From the NCBI GenBank assembly GCA_031259485.1, contig JAIRLH010000096.1, positions 1 to 27,444 on the forward strand: DNA of 27,444 nucleotides, given 5' to 3'. The DNA is from Elusimicrobiota bacterium. GTDB taxonomy: Bacteria > Elusimicrobiota > Elusimicrobia > Elusimicrobiales > Elusimicrobiaceae. The translations under genes and the position numbers were made by a program. Under the pieces are notes generated by a model, which worked only from the letters and a program-made list of their open reading frames with translations, searched no databases and was not told where the DNA came from. Numbering within the stretch: position 1 is the stretch's first letter; each line of letters starts with the position of its first letter. Shown here piece by piece: positions 16,348 to 27,334 of the stretch.

Positions 16348-17019
16348 TTATTTCTCCTCCCGTTCTTTTGCCTGCGCGGCGGCTTCTTCAATGCTTTTGG
16401 GCATTATGTAGGGTTTTGTGTCCACCAGAGTCGCTAATCTAGTCGTTATATGGCTGCCTGTTTCTTGGCCGATTTTTTCAAGCGTTTTCCGTATAATCTG
16501 CGAGTCGTCTATAACTTTCCCGTTGATTTGGAAGACGTTCGGGGTTGCTTCTAAAAAACGCGCAATTTTTGTTTTACCTGTTTTTTTGTTTCTTTCCCCC
16601 GTCAAATAAAAATGCCCTATATAAACGGCTTCGCCTTTATTAACTTTAAAAGCGACACGAAAGCGTTTGCCGAAGTTCATATATGAATTACCGCTTGAAA
16701 TTTTCATGTCGTCAAAATAATATTCGCCTTCCGGCAGCATTAGGGCTGCCGGCGTATGCGGGTTAGGAATACTCGCTACGCAATAACGTTTTTTATTGCT
16801 GTCATACAGTTCCGCGTTAAACCACATATTGCCGAGTTCATTAATTTCATTCGTCGCTCCGAATATTACAAGCCCGCGCGTTGTTTTGGCAAAATCTTTA
16901 TTATAATGCGCGGAAGTTACTCCCAGCGTTTTGGCATCAGGTGTTGAGGGGGTAGCGCATCCCGCCAGCAACGCCAGCGCCAATACTGCTAAAGGGAAAA
17001 TGTGTTTGCTTTGCCTCAT
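16348..17019 (-). CDS. Hypothetical lipoprotein (mirror copy)
   Basis: Identical to 10426-11097. Confidence 0.72.
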   Translation of the reverse strand: MRQSKHIFPLAVLALALLAGCATPSTPDAKTLGVTSAHYNKDFAKTTRGLVIFGATNEINELGNMWFNAELYDSNKKRYCVASIPNPHTPAALMLPEGEYYFDDMKISSGNSYMNFGKRFRVAFKVNKGEAVYIGHFYLTGERNKKTGKTKIARFLEATPNVFQINGKVIDDSQIIRKTLEKIGQETGSHITTRLATLVDTKPYIMPKSIEEAAAQAKEREEK

Positions 17020-17079
17020 AATAACTCCTTTTTTGTTTTATTAATATAATACGTCGGCATCGGGACCGTCGGTATAAAA

Positions 17080-17970
17080 TTATACGTATTTCGTATAAAA
17101 CTGCCCGATTTTGTTTTCGTACTGGCGGCCGGCGACTTCGGCCGCTTCCGTGTGCGCGGCATTGGCCACAATCCATAATTGCTTAGGTTCGGCGGCGGCG
17201 GCGAAGAGTTTGCGCGCGTCGTGGCGCGGCGCTAAGGCATCATCCGCCCCGTTGATTAAAAACACAGCTTTACCGCACAGTTTTTTAATATTATGGCGCG
17301 GGCTGAAAGTCTCCGGATCCATGCCCAAACGTTTTCGCACGAAGAACAAAGTTAAAGCCACAAGCGGGAAGTACGGCGCGGATTTATGTTCTTTCGCCCA
17401 TCTTGCGACGACCTTTTCGTAAGAATAATAACAGGCCTCGGCCACTACGGCGCGCACCTGCGGAGTATGCGCCGCCGTGTAAACCGCGACCGCCGCGCCC
17501 ATAGAAATACCGTAAAGGCCGATTTCATGCGATCGCTCGGGCCGCGTTTTGAGCAGAGTTTCAACCGCGGCTTCTGCGTCCCGCGTTTCAAGATACCCGA
17601 CTGAGGTTTTGCCGTCACCGCTTTCTCCGCAGGAGCGGAAGTCAAAATAAAATAAATTGTAGCCGCTCTCGCGCAGAAATAACGTGGCCGGCATTATGCT
17701 GCCTTTGTTCATATTCCACCCGTGCATAAGGATTATGGTTTTTTTGCTTTCCTCCGGCGCGGGTATGAACCAGCCTTTCAGCGTTATTGCGTCGGAATTT
17801 TTAAAAATCACGTTTTCAAAAGGGACTTTAAACTGGTCTGGGTACGCGGCAAGCGGCTTGCGCCCGCCGCAGCGGTTTATTATGCGCCCGCTTTCTTTAT
17901 AGGCGATATAAACTAAAACCAGAGCACCCAAAAGCACGATTAAAAATACGAGGAATATTAGCATAGTCAT
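17080..17970 (-). CDS. Alpha/beta hydrolase (mirror copy)
   Basis: Identical to 9475-10365. Confidence 0.86.
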   Translation of the reverse strand: MTMLIFLVFLIVLLGALVLVYIAYKESGRIINRCGGRKPLAAYPDQFKVPFENVIFKNSDAITLKGWFIPAPEESKKTIILMHGWNMNKGSIMPATLFLRESGYNLFYFDFRSCGESGDGKTSVGYLETRDAEAAVETLLKTRPERSHEIGLYGISMGAAVAVYTAAHTPQVRAVVAEACYYSYEKVVARWAKEHKSAPYFPLVALTLFFVRKRLGMDPETFSPRHNIKKLCGKAVFLINGADDALAPRHDARKLFAAAAEPKQLWIVANAAHTEAAEVAGRQYENKIGQFYTKYV

Positions 17971-17981
17971 ATTTTATAATT

Positions 17982-18848
17982 TTATCCGGTTATTTGCCTC
18001 ATTGCCGAAGGCAGGGCGGCCAGAATATCTTCCGCCGCAAGCGAATTTTTGCTTATTTTTTTGACTGCCGCGTCCGCCGCAACGCCGTGCAACCAGACGC
18101 CGGCGGCGGCGGCGTCAAAGGCTTTTTGCTGCAACCGGCGGCTGTCTTCAACATGAATAAGCTGACCCCAAACTCCGGCGATAATGCCGGACAAAATATC
18201 ACCGCTGCCGGCTTTGGCAAGCCCGCTGTTGCCCGTAGTATTCCGCATAGTTATGCCTGCGCCGCTGACTATAGTGCCCGGGCCTTTGAGCAGGCAAACC
18301 GCGCCGGTTGTTTGGGCCAGTTCGGCTGCGCTTGCCGCATTTGCGGGCCCGCCAAGCAAACGACGCATTTCACCCTTATGCGGCGTTAGAATATGAGGAA
18401 TATCTTTTGCCAGCTTATCAGCGCCGGCCGCGGCAAGCGCGTTTAAAGAAGAGGCATCTATGACCGCCGGCAATTTGGTTTTGTCAAGCAGGTACGAAGT
18501 CATGACTGCCCAGCTCTCATCCAAACCCGGGCCTATAAGCATCAAATCATGCGGAACACTTTTATTGCGGGCAATTATTTTTGCCATAGCTGCGCGCGCA
18601 CTTTGCGGCATTTTCAAAATAATTGCCTGAGGAACGGCATTAACCGCCGCATTATATACGGCGTGCGGCGCGGCAAGCGTAACGAGCCCAGCGCCCGCCG
18701 CAAAGCACGCGCGCGCGCATAACACGGCCGCGCCCGGCATATCGGCCGAGCCGGCCACAATAAGCACGCGCCCGTTGAGATTTTTATAGGAATCCGCCGG
18801 CCGCGCGGGGAAATGTTTTTTGACGAAAGCCTTATTTATTTTTTGCAT
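17982..18848 (-). CDS. nnrD: NAD(P)H-hydrate dehydratase (mirror copy)
   Basis: Identical to 8597-9463. Confidence 0.88.
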   Translation of the reverse strand: MQKINKAFVKKHFPARPADSYKNLNGRVLIVAGSADMPGAAVLCARACFAAGAGLVTLAAPHAVYNAAVNAVPQAIILKMPQSARAAMAKIIARNKSVPHDLMLIGPGLDESWAVMTSYLLDKTKLPAVIDASSLNALAAAGADKLAKDIPHILTPHKGEMRRLLGGPANAASAAELAQTTGAVCLLKGPGTIVSGAGITMRNTTGNSGLAKAGSGDILSGIIAGVWGQLIHVEDSRRLQQKAFDAAAAGVWLHGVAADAAVKKISKNSLAAEDILAALPSAMRQITG

Positions 18849-19207
18849 TTTTTTAAACGGCAAATTCTGTACGAAACCGCAAAAGCCGCAGCGTATTTCC
18901 GTGTATGGGAAAGCGATATTTTGAGCCCTATGTCCTTTGCCCGCGCATCGTGCAGTATGGCCAGCGGTTTGCCGGTTTTATCCTTTACAATCTCTATTTT
19001 TTTGAGAGCGACGCCGTCAAAAGGCAATGCTTTAAAAATTGCTTCCTTTGCCGCAAAGCGCGCCGCCAAGTGCTGAGCGGCGTTTTTTTTGGGCAGGCTG
19101 TAGGCAAGTTCGGTCTCTGTAAACACGCGGGCAAGCGCGGCTTTCTTGAGGCGCGCTATTCGGGCCACTTCCTCTATATCAATGCCTATGTTTATGATTT
19201 GCATCAT
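18836..19207 (-). CDS. acpS: Holo-ACP synthase (mirror copy)
   Basis: Identical to 8238-8609. Confidence 0.92.
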   Translation of the reverse strand: MMQIINIGIDIEEVARIARLKKAALARVFTETELAYSLPKKNAAQHLAARFAAKEAIFKALPFDGVALKKIEIVKDKTGKPLAILHDARAKDIGLKISLSHTRKYAAAFAVSYRICRLKKCKK

Positions 19208-21003
19208 TCCACCGTGACGCTCTTGGCAAGGTTGCGGGGGCGGTCAATATCGCACCCGTTGAAAGCCGCTATATAGTAGGCAAATAGTTGCAGCGGCACG
19301 GCCGCTATGACGGGGAAAAGATATTCGCTTACGCGCGGCAGCAAAAGACCGTTTTGCGCCGCGTCGTTTGTGAGCAGTATAAGCATTGCGCCGCGCGCGG
19401 AGACTTCCTGACAGGAAGAAAGTATTTTCCCCTCCAGAAATCCTTTGGGCGCAAGCGCGAATACAGGCGTGCCGCGTTCTATCACTGCTATGGGGCCGTG
19501 TTTAATTTCGCCCGCCGGAAAACCCTCCGCATGTAAATAAGAAACTTCCTTGAGTTTCAGCGCGCCTTCCAGCGCGAGCGGAAAGCACGCATTGCGGCCG
19601 AGGAAAATAAAAGATTTTTTCCTGAAAATACCGCGCGCGGTTTTCTTGACCTGTTCCTGCTTCTTGAGTGCGGCGGCAAGCAGCGCGGGCAGGCGCAACA
19701 GTTCTTTATAAAGCTCGTTAAACTGCGGCTTGGACAGCGCGCCACGGGCAAAACCAAGCTGCAGCGACAGCGCGTAAAGCACCGTGAGTTGAGAGGTAAA
19801 AGCCTTGGTGGAAGCCACGCTGATTTCCGGCCCGCAGCGCGTGTAAACAGTGAAATCGCTCGCCCGCGTAATGGCCGAGCCCAGCACATTGCACACTCCC
19901 AGCGTGCGCAGCCCCGCCTTTTTAGCATTGAGCAGCGCGGCAAGAGTATCCGCCGTCTCGCCCGATTGCGATACCGCGCAGAAAAGCCAGTCTTTCTGGA
20001 AATTTACGTCGCGGTATTTAAATTCCGAAGCCGTGTCGGCTTCCACGGGCAGTTTGGCAAAATGCTCCAAAAAATATTTTGCTGCCAGCGCCGCATGGTA
20101 AGCCGTGCCGCATGCGACAAGATAAATCCCCTTTATTTCTTTTGCGCGCCGCGCCGATATACCGAAAGATTTTTTGATGTCATTAGGCAATGTTCTCAAG
20201 GTATCTTCAACGGCCTGCGGCTGGTCAAAAATTTCCTTGAGCATGAAGTGTTTATAGCCGCATTTTTGCGCGCTTGTATTATCCCAAGCGATAGTATGGA
20301 TTTTGCGCTTTGCGGGCCCGCCGTCCGCGGCGGTTATTTTATAGCCGCGCGGGATTATGCAGGCGATATCCCCGTCCTCCAGAAAAACGGCCCTCTTAGT
20401 ATGCTGTAAAAAGGCCGGCACGTCGGAAGCCAAAAAGTATTCGCCTTTGCCTATGCCAAGCACAAGCGGACTTTGTTTTTTGGCGGCCATAAGAACGCCC
20501 GGCTCTCTATTATACATGGCAACCAGAGCGTACGCGCCTTTAAGCTGCTTTACAGCGGCTTCAAAAGCGGCGGGAAAGGAAAGAGTTCTTTTAAGATTCT
20601 CTTCTATCAGATGGGCCGCGACTTCGCTGTCCGTTTGCGATTTGAATTTGTGTCCTTTGGCGGTTAACTTCTGTTTAAGCTCAAGATAATTTTCTATTAT
20701 GCCGTTATGCACAAGCGCAACGGCGCCCGGCTGGCCCGTGTGCGGGTGCGAATTTTCCTTAGAGGGTTTGCCGTGCGTGGCCCAGCGCGTGTGTCCTATG
20801 AGGCAGGCGGAATTTACTTTGTTTTTTAAAACCAACTCTTCAAGATTATTGACTTTACCCACGGCTTTCAAAATATTTATTTTACCGTACGCGCCGTAAG
20901 CCAAACCGGCGGAATCATATCCGCGGTATTCAAGTTTTTTAAGCCCATCTATTATGAGAGCGGCGCCGTTTCTGCCGCCGCTGTAGGCTATTATGCCGCA
21001 CAT
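19204..21003 (-). CDS. glmS: Glutamine-fructose-6-phosphate aminotransferase (mirror copy)
   Basis: Identical to 6442-8241. Confidence 0.96.
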   Translation of the reverse strand: MCGIIAYSGGRNGAALIIDGLKKLEYRGYDSAGLAYGAYGKINILKAVGKVNNLEELVLKNKVNSACLIGHTRWATHGKPSKENSHPHTGQPGAVALVHNGIIENYLELKQKLTAKGHKFKSQTDSEVAAHLIEENLKRTLSFPAAFEAAVKQLKGAYALVAMYNREPGVLMAAKKQSPLVLGIGKGEYFLASDVPAFLQHTKRAVFLEDGDIACIIPRGYKITAADGGPAKRKIHTIAWDNTSAQKCGYKHFMLKEIFDQPQAVEDTLRTLPNDIKKSFGISARRAKEIKGIYLVACGTAYHAALAAKYFLEHFAKLPVEADTASEFKYRDVNFQKDWLFCAVSQSGETADTLAALLNAKKAGLRTLGVCNVLGSAITRASDFTVYTRCGPEISVASTKAFTSQLTVLYALSLQLGFARGALSKPQFNELYKELLRLPALLAAALKKQEQVKKTARGIFRKKSFIFLGRNACFPLALEGALKLKEVSYLHAEGFPAGEIKHGPIAVIERGTPVFALAPKGFLEGKILSSCQEVSARGAMLILLTNDAAQNGLLLPRVSEYLFPVIAAVPLQLFAYYIAAFNGCDIDRPRNLAKSVTVE

Positions 21004-21036
21004 AGGGTTGTATTACGCTCCTAATCCCGCCCGCAG

Positions 21037-21762
21037 TCAGCGCGCGTTTATTGCCTGCTTCATTTCAAGCACGGCCTGCGGCAGGCCGGAAATTACCGCC
21101 CGCGCTATTATTGAAAAGCCGATATTAAGGCATTCCATGCCGTTGACGGCGGCAACGGCGCCGACATTATCCGTAGTAAGTCCGTGCCCGCTGTGCACGC
21201 TCAGGCCTATTTCTTTAGCGAGAATTGAGGACATTGAAATATCTTCCAGCAGCTTAAGCCTTTGGCGCTCAGTCTTAGCTTCGCTGTAATCTTTGGTGCA
21301 AAGTTCAACTATAGCCGCACCGGCCTTTTTGGCTCTGCGGACATCATTCGCGGTTGGATTTATGAAGAGACTTACTTCTATGTCCGATTTTTTAAGCCTT
21401 GCCGCGGCCGAGCGCAGCAGGGCGATATTTTTATCGTCCAGTTTTAAGCCGCCGGAGGTGGTAAGCTCGTTAGGATATTCCGGCACGAAGCAGACGGAGC
21501 CGGGTTTGTATTTGAGCGCCATATCCACCATTTCTTTTGTATTGGCCATTTCAAGATGTATATGAGGACGGTATTTTTTTGTAAGCCTTTCTAAATCGCT
21601 TTCCTGTACGTGGCGTCTGTCGCGGCGTATATGGAGCACAATGTACCGCGCGCCCAGCGCGAGGCAGGCTTCAGCCGCTGCGAAAGGGTCGGGCGCATTG
21701 CCGCCGCGCGCCTGCCTTAAAGTCGCAATATGATCTATGTTAACGCCTAATTTTACCGTCAT
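21037..21762 (-). CDS. pdxJ: Pyridoxine 5'-phosphate synthase (mirror copy)
   Basis: Identical to 5683-6408. Confidence 0.93.
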   Translation of the reverse strand: MTVKLGVNIDHIATLRQARGGNAPDPFAAAEACLALGARYIVLHIRRDRRHVQESDLERLTKKYRPHIHLEMANTKEMVDMALKYKPGSVCFVPEYPNELTTSGGLKLDDKNIALLRSAAARLKKSDIEVSLFINPTANDVRRAKKAGAAIVELCTKDYSEAKTERQRLKLLEDISMSSILAKEIGLSVHSGHGLTTDNVGAVAAVNGMECLNIGFSIIARAVISGLPQAVLEMKQAINAR

Positions 21763-21782
21763 AAATTTTCATCTCCGCAATT

Positions 21783-23135
21783 TTATTTTGTTTTTTGTAT
21801 GTAAAAATCCGCAACTTTCTGCGCAAAATCTTCCACCTGGGTTTTATCCTCGCCTTCTACAAGTATGCGCAGTAGCGGCTCCGTACCGCTGTAACGCGCA
21901 AAAATACGGCCGCGCGTACCCATTTGATCTTCAAGCTGCCCGATGTAGCCAACAAACCCTGGCACGCTTTCAAGCGGCGGCTTCCGCGATACTTTTACGG
22001 GTATCAGTTTTAAGGGATATTTGCTCCACTGCTTTTTTAACCAGCTGGGCTTATGGCCAGATGCAATAACTATCGCCAAAAGCTGCAAAGCGCACAAAGT
22101 ACCGTCGCCCGTGCCAAGAATGTCTCTGAATATGATGTGGCCCGAAGTCTCCCCGCCAAGCGACAAATCTTCTTTTTCCAGCGCTTCAAAAACATATTTA
22201 TCGCCCACCGCGGTAAGCACCGGCTCCACGCCGTTTTGTTTGAGATAGTTTATAAGGCCCAGATTGGTCATAACAGTCAGAGCGATTTTGCCGCCTCTCA
22301 GTCTGCCTTGTTTTTTGAGATGCAGCGCCGCGGCGGCCATAATATCGTCGCCGTCAAGCTGTCCGCCTTCTTCATCGGCGGCTATAAGCCTGTCCGCGTC
22401 GCCGTCAAAGGAGAAGCCTATAAAAGCCTTGTTTTCCGCAACCGCTTTTTGCATTCCTTCCGTGTGCAGCGCGCCGGCGTTATCGTTGATATTGACTCCG
22501 TCGGGCTTATCGTTTATCACGATGGTTTCTACCCCCAGCTCCCTGAAAATCTGCGGCGCGGTTTTATAGCTTGCGCCGTTGGCGCAGTCAAGCACGGCTT
22601 TAATGCCTTTAAAACTTATGCCGGCGGGGACTGTTGATTTTAAGAAATCAGTATATTCAGACAATAGCGCGGCGTCTTTTACTACCTTCGCGTGCGGCGC
22701 AGGCGCCGGGATTTGCGACGTATTTTCCACTGCGGTGTCTCTCAGGCTTTTAATATCCTCGATAAGTTTTTTGCCCGTGTGGGAGAAGAATTTTATACCG
22801 TTAAACTCGGCCGGATTGTGGCTGGCTGAAATCACAATTCCGCACACCGCGTTTTTTTTATGAGTGAGAAAGGCAACCGCCGGCGTGGGCGCTATACCGA
22901 CGTGCAACACATCAAAACCCGCCGCCGTTATGCCGCGCGACAGATACTGCGCCAACCGCGGGCCGCTTTGGCGGGAGTCCTCGGCTATAATTACGGTTCT
23001 GGCGCGGTCTTGCGCGTCGCCGTGTTTTTGGAGTTCAAGCAAAGCGCAGTAGCCCAGCTTTATCACAAAATCTTCGGTAAGCGGAAAGTCCCCGACTTTG
23101 GCGCGTATTCCGTCAGTGCCGAAGTATTTAGTCAT
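21783..23135 (-). CDS. glmM: Phosphoglucosamine mutase (mirror copy)
   Basis: Identical to 4310-5662. Confidence 0.94.
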   Translation of the reverse strand: MTKYFGTDGIRAKVGDFPLTEDFVIKLGYCALLELQKHGDAQDRARTVIIAEDSRQSGPRLAQYLSRGITAAGFDVLHVGIAPTPAVAFLTHKKNAVCGIVISASHNPAEFNGIKFFSHTGKKLIEDIKSLRDTAVENTSQIPAPAPHAKVVKDAALLSEYTDFLKSTVPAGISFKGIKAVLDCANGASYKTAPQIFRELGVETIVINDKPDGVNINDNAGALHTEGMQKAVAENKAFIGFSFDGDADRLIAADEEGGQLDGDDIMAAAALHLKKQGRLRGGKIALTVMTNLGLINYLKQNGVEPVLTAVGDKYVFEALEKEDLSLGGETSGHIIFRDILGTGDGTLCALQLLAIVIASGHKPSWLKKQWSKYPLKLIPVKVSRKPPLESVPGFVGYIGQLEDQMGTRGRIFARYSGTEPLLRILVEGEDKTQVEDFAQKVADFYIQKTK

Positions 23136-25056
23136 TGGCTTCTCCCTGCTCCTTATCAAGCCTTTGCACGCCCGCAGGGCCGCAGACGGGAGACTGCTCC
23201 AGCTTTATATCCGCGCTGTCGGTTTTTTTGTCTTCTTTTTTTATGCCCAAAATTTCGTCAATTTCTGCGGCTTCAACCACTTCTTTTTCTATAAGGCGGG
23301 CAATAAGCGTCTCCAGCGCGGTTTTGTTGGCGCGCAGGATTTCTTTGGCTTTGTTATAGGATTCTTTTACAAGCAGGCTCACTTCATTATCAATTTCCTT
23401 GGCTAAATCTTCCGAATAATTTTTGTGGCGGCCCATTTCCATACCCAGGAAAACTTCATTCTGGTCAGTCTGCACCGAGATAGGTCCCAGCTTGTCGCTC
23501 ATGCCGAGCTCGGCCACCATTTTGCGCGCGTAAGCGGTGGTGCGCGAAAGGTCGTCATGCGCGCCTGTGGTAATCTCCCCGAATAAAATATCCTCGGCCG
23601 CTCGGCCGCCGAGCAGGACTGTGAGCCTGTCCAGAATTTCGCTTTTGCTGACCAGATATTTATCTTCCAGAGGCAGCTGCAGCGTATAGCCCAAAGCCGG
23701 CCCGCGCGGGATTATGGAAACTTTGTGCACAGGGTCGCTGTGTTGTGATTTTTTGGCTATTATGGTGTGTCCGGCTTCATGCGCGGCGATTACGCGCTTT
23801 TCCTTATCCGATATTATGCGGCTCTTGCGTTGCGGGCCGGCCATCACGCGTTCAACGGCTTCTTCTATGTCCGGCGTGCCGACGGCTTCTTTATCGTGGC
23901 GCGCGGCGAGTATGGCGGCCTCGTTTATAACATTGGCCAAATCCGCGCCGACAAAACCCGGCGTGCCTTTGGCTATGGTTTCAAGGTCAACGTCCTGCGC
24001 CATTTTTACTTTTTTGGCGTGTACTTCAAGTATTTCTTTGCGGCCCTTCATGTCGGGCGCGGGGATATTGATATGCCGGTCAAAACGCCCGGGGCGAGTG
24101 AGCGCCGGGTCAAGCACGTCGGGCCGGTTGGTGGACGCCATAAGAAGTATGCCCTGTTTTGATTCAAAGCCGTCAAGCTCTATAAGCAGTTGGTTAAGAG
24201 TCTGCTCCCTTTCGTCGTGCCCGCCGCCTATGCCGGCGAAACGGCGGCGGCCGACGGCGTCAAGCTCGTCTACAAAAATAATCGCGGGCGCGTTCTTTTT
24301 GGCGTTATTGAACAAATCCCTGACGCGAGCCGCGCCGACGCCTACAAACATCTCCACGAATTCCGAAGCCGAGGCGGAGAAAAACGCCACCTTCGCCTCT
24401 CCGGCAACGGCCTTTGCAAGCAATGTTTTGCCCGTGCCCGGCGCGCCGTAAAGCAGCACGCCTTTGGGCAGTTTTGCGCCGAGTTTCTGGAAATGCTTGG
24501 GATTGCGCAGGAATTTTATTATATCCTGCACTTCTTCTTTAGCTTCCTCCACGCCGGCGACGTCTTTAAAAGTGATGTTTTGCTCCTGCGGGTCCTGAAG
24601 TTTGGCTTTGCTTTTGGCGAAGTTAAGCGCGCTTTTGCCGTCGCTCTTCTGCGGGCGGATAAATAAAAAATACCACGCCGCAAAAAACAGGGCTATCCAG
24701 CCTACGTTCATGAGAAGGCTGTAAATCCAGCTTTTATCCGTCTCGCCCTTAAAGGGGATTTTGGCGGACACCAAATCCCTCACGAGGTCGTTATCGTCCG
24801 GTATCCTTGGCGTTTTGAATTTGCTTTCTTTGCCGTCGTCCTTAAACGTGCCGGCAATGCTGTCCTGCCCGACGGAAACTTTTAAAATATCGCCGGAGGC
24901 GATTTTGGCGCGGAATTCGGAATAATCCATATCCTTCGCCGCCTGGGACTGGCCCATCTTTGAATACAGCGAGACCATCATTATAAAAATTATCACCCAC
25001 AGCAGCACCTGCCGCCACGGGATTTGGGGTATCGGTTTTTTATTGTTTACTTTCAT
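23128..25056 (-). CDS. ftsH: FtsH protease (mirror copy)
   Basis: Identical to 2389-4317. Confidence 0.96.
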   Translation of the reverse strand: MKVNNKKPIPQIPWRQVLLWVIIFIMMVSLYSKMGQSQAAKDMDYSEFRAKIASGDILKVSVGQDSIAGTFKDDGKESKFKTPRIPDDNDLVRDLVSAKIPFKGETDKSWIYSLLMNVGWIALFFAAWYFLFIRPQKSDGKSALNFAKSKAKLQDPQEQNITFKDVAGVEEAKEEVQDIIKFLRNPKHFQKLGAKLPKGVLLYGAPGTGKTLLAKAVAGEAKVAFFSASASEFVEMFVGVGAARVRDLFNNAKKNAPAIIFVDELDAVGRRRFAGIGGGHDEREQTLNQLLIELDGFESKQGILLMASTNRPDVLDPALTRPGRFDRHINIPAPDMKGRKEILEVHAKKVKMAQDVDLETIAKGTPGFVGADLANVINEAAILAARHDKEAVGTPDIEEAVERVMAGPQRKSRIISDKEKRVIAAHEAGHTIIAKKSQHSDPVHKVSIIPRGPALGYTLQLPLEDKYLVSKSEILDRLTVLLGGRAAEDILFGEITTGAHDDLSRTTAYARKMVAELGMSDKLGPISVQTDQNEVFLGMEMGRHKNYSEDLAKEIDNEVSLLVKESYNKAKEILRANKTALETLIARLIEKEVVEAAEIDEILGIKKEDKKTDSADIKLEQSPVCGPAGVQRLDKEQGEAND

Positions 25057-25585
25057 CAAAAACTCCTATAAAAGGTAAATTACGGTAAAGCTCATTATAA
25101 TCAAGACCGTAGCCTACGACAAACTCATTTTCTATCGTGAATCCGCAATATCTGGGCTTCACAGCGGCTTCGCGGTTTGAAGGCTTGTCCAAAAGCGTAC
25201 AAAGCTCAACCGAGGCCGGGCCGCGCGTGCTCAGCAAGTCCGTGATATATTTAGCCGTTGTGCCGGTGTCTATAATATCTTCCACTATGATTACATGGCG
25301 GTTTTTTATGTCCTCGCGCAAATCAAGCATAAAGCGCACTTTGCCGCTGGAGCACGTGCCGCTGTAAGAGCACAGGCACATAAAATCAAGATGACAGTCC
25401 GTGTTTATATTTTTGACAAGCTCGGCGTAAAATATGGCCGAACCGCGCAAAACACAGACAAACAGCGGCGTTTTGCCCTCGTAATCTTTTGAAATCTGCG
25501 CGCCGAGCTCTTTGACCCTGCGGATTATCTGCTCTTCGCTGATGAGAATTTTTTTGAGCGGCAGGTTTGCGGATACTGTTTGCAT
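25040..25585 (-). CDS. hpt: Hypoxanthine phosphoribosyltransferase (mirror copy)
   Basis: Identical to 1860-2405. Confidence 0.94.
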   Translation of the reverse strand: MQTVSANLPLKKILISEEQIIRRVKELGAQISKDYEGKTPLFVCVLRGSAIFYAELVKNINTDCHLDFMCLCSYSGTCSSGKVRFMLDLREDIKNRHVIIVEDIIDTGTTAKYITDLLSTRGPASVELCTLLDKPSNREAAVKPRYCGFTIENEFVVGYGLDYNELYRNLPFIGVFDESKQ

Positions 25586-25601
25586 AATATTATCGCCTCT
25601 G

Positions 25602-25634
25602 ATAAAAAACGCTGCAAACCGCAGCGTTTTTTAT
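25602..25634. terminator. Bidirectional terminator (mirror copy)
   Basis: Reverse complement of 1811-1843. Confidence 0.7.
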
Positions 25635-25653
25635 TGTTTTGTACGGAGACTTT

Positions 25654-26229
25654 TTACCCATTAATCTTAAAAAGCATGTTTACGGCGGCGATGACGGCAA
25701 TGGCTCCGGCCGCGCGCTCAAGCCTTTTGCCAAGCAGCGTTTTGGGGAAAGCGTGCCCGTGCGAAAGGCCGAAAATCGTCATAAAGAAATTAAACACCGC
25801 GGAAAGCAAAAGAGCGAGCAGGAAAATTTCTATCCTGTCCCCGAAGAATAAGGCCAGAGTGAAGCCGAACATAAAAGAATCCACGCTGGCCTGTACCGCC
25901 ACGCGCACGAGATAATTGCTCTGTACTATATCCGTATAATTAAGGCTGGGAGAGCGCTCAATAGATTCCAAAAGCAACCTTATGCCTATGATAAACAACA
26001 TTATAAAAGCCAGCCACTGCGTCAGGCCGCCGTACCAGTTATAAAGCAGTTTGCCCACGATAAAGCTAAGCGAAAGGGAGATGAGGTTTGCCACTACGAA
26101 AACAAAAGAAGTTTTTAAAGTGACATTATTGCCGTAAGCGCTGCCCAGTTTGCTGCCGGAGACGGCGCCTATTGCAAAACACCCGACCGAAATACACAAT
26201 AAAATTATAATCAGCCATATTATGGACAT
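25654..26229 (-). CDS. mntP: MntP-family membrane protein (mirror copy)
   Basis: Identical to 1216-1791. Confidence 0.68.
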   Translation of the reverse strand: MSIIWLIIILLCISVGCFAIGAVSGSKLGSAYGNNVTLKTSFVFVVANLISLSLSFIVGKLLYNWYGGLTQWLAFIMLFIIGIRLLLESIERSPSLNYTDIVQSNYLVRVAVQASVDSFMFGFTLALFFGDRIEIFLLALLLSAVFNFFMTIFGLSHGHAFPKTLLGKRLERAAGAIAVIAAVNMLFKING

Positions 26230-26369
26230 GCTTTGTATCCCTCGCATTGAATAATATACCACTATATAATGTATTCTACAATAAATTTAGGAAAAATGCC
26301 TTTAAATAATAGTTAAAGGCTGCCAGCGACAGCACAAAGCCACGACGCTACGCTTAGGAACAGGGTTGT

Positions 26370-26478
26370 TTTTTCAGCTTGGCCATTGATAAGAACTTTG
26401 CCCGCTATAATCAAGACTCAGGCTTTGTTGAGGCTGACCTCAAGTTTTTAGGTTTAGAACGACAAACTTGTAAAGCTT
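26370..26478 (-). pseudogene. S4/TlyA-like fragment (mirror copy)
   Basis: Reverse complement of 967-1075. Confidence 0.4.
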
Positions 26479-26552
26479 TAACGGATAAAGAAGAATATTT
26501 TAGGCCTAAAGATTGCAAACTTATTTTTAAAATCTTATTTAACTATTAAATT

Positions 26553-27035
26553 TTAGAAGTCTATGATATAATATCTATCATTGTCCGGCCTGGTTTTTGA
26601 AGTGTACATTTGACAAATTTTACGGTGGCGGTCTTGAGATGATATATCGCCTCCAATTAAACATTCTACATATCCTACCCTTGGCCTAAATTCCAGATAA
26701 GGAACAGGGTTTCCTAAAATGCCGACTTGCGCGTAGTAATGATCCCCGTTTTCTGTAACAACCATACCCGCCCATTTTTTACCTAACTTGTACATCCCGT
26801 TTTCAATTTCCCAGCCGTCAATATATAGTTTGTTAAAATCAGCCGTATAAGTTCCATTAATAAGATAATATTCTTCCTGCGCATTGCGAAAAATATTAAC
26901 AAAGGCGAATAATTCTGCCATGCGCGTCCTTGCGACGGCTTTTTGATATTGCGGCAAAGCAATGGCCGCAAGAATACCAATAATTAATACAACAACAAGC
27001 AATTCAACCAGCGTGAAGCCTTTTTTACTTTTCAT
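26553..27035 (-). CDS. Type IV pilin-like protein (mirror copy)
   Basis: Identical to 410-892. Confidence 0.9.
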   Translation of the reverse strand: MKSKKGFTLVELLVVVLIIGILAAIALPQYQKAVARTRMAELFAFVNIFRNAQEEYYLINGTYTADFNKLYIDGWEIENGMYKLGKKWAGMVVTENGDHYYAQVGILGNPVPYLEFRPRVGYVECLIGGDISSQDRHRKICQMYTSKTRPDNDRYYIIDF

Positions 27036-27065
27036 ACATTATACCTCGTTATTTTTAATTTTTAT

Positions 27066-27267
27066 AAACAAAAACGGCTGATATGTTTTATGAATAGTCA
27101 AACGCATAAAACAAACAGCCGTGGTTTGCCGCCTTTCGGCGGCAAACGCTCGGCGTAAAGTATCGGGGTAATTATGCCCAATACTTTACGCCTAATAACG
27201 AGCTGTTTTTGGTTTGACTATTGTTTTGCTTTCGCAAAACCGTATCCTTTCGGATTTCCAAAAACAG
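27066..27267 (-). ncRNA. Mirror of structured element copy A
   Basis: Reverse complement of 178-379. Confidence 0.5.
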
Positions 27268-27334
27268 TATCAAATTTTTTTAAGCCGATTATATCCCTCG
27301 CCCTCTCCCACAAGGAGCGAGAGAAATGATGTTT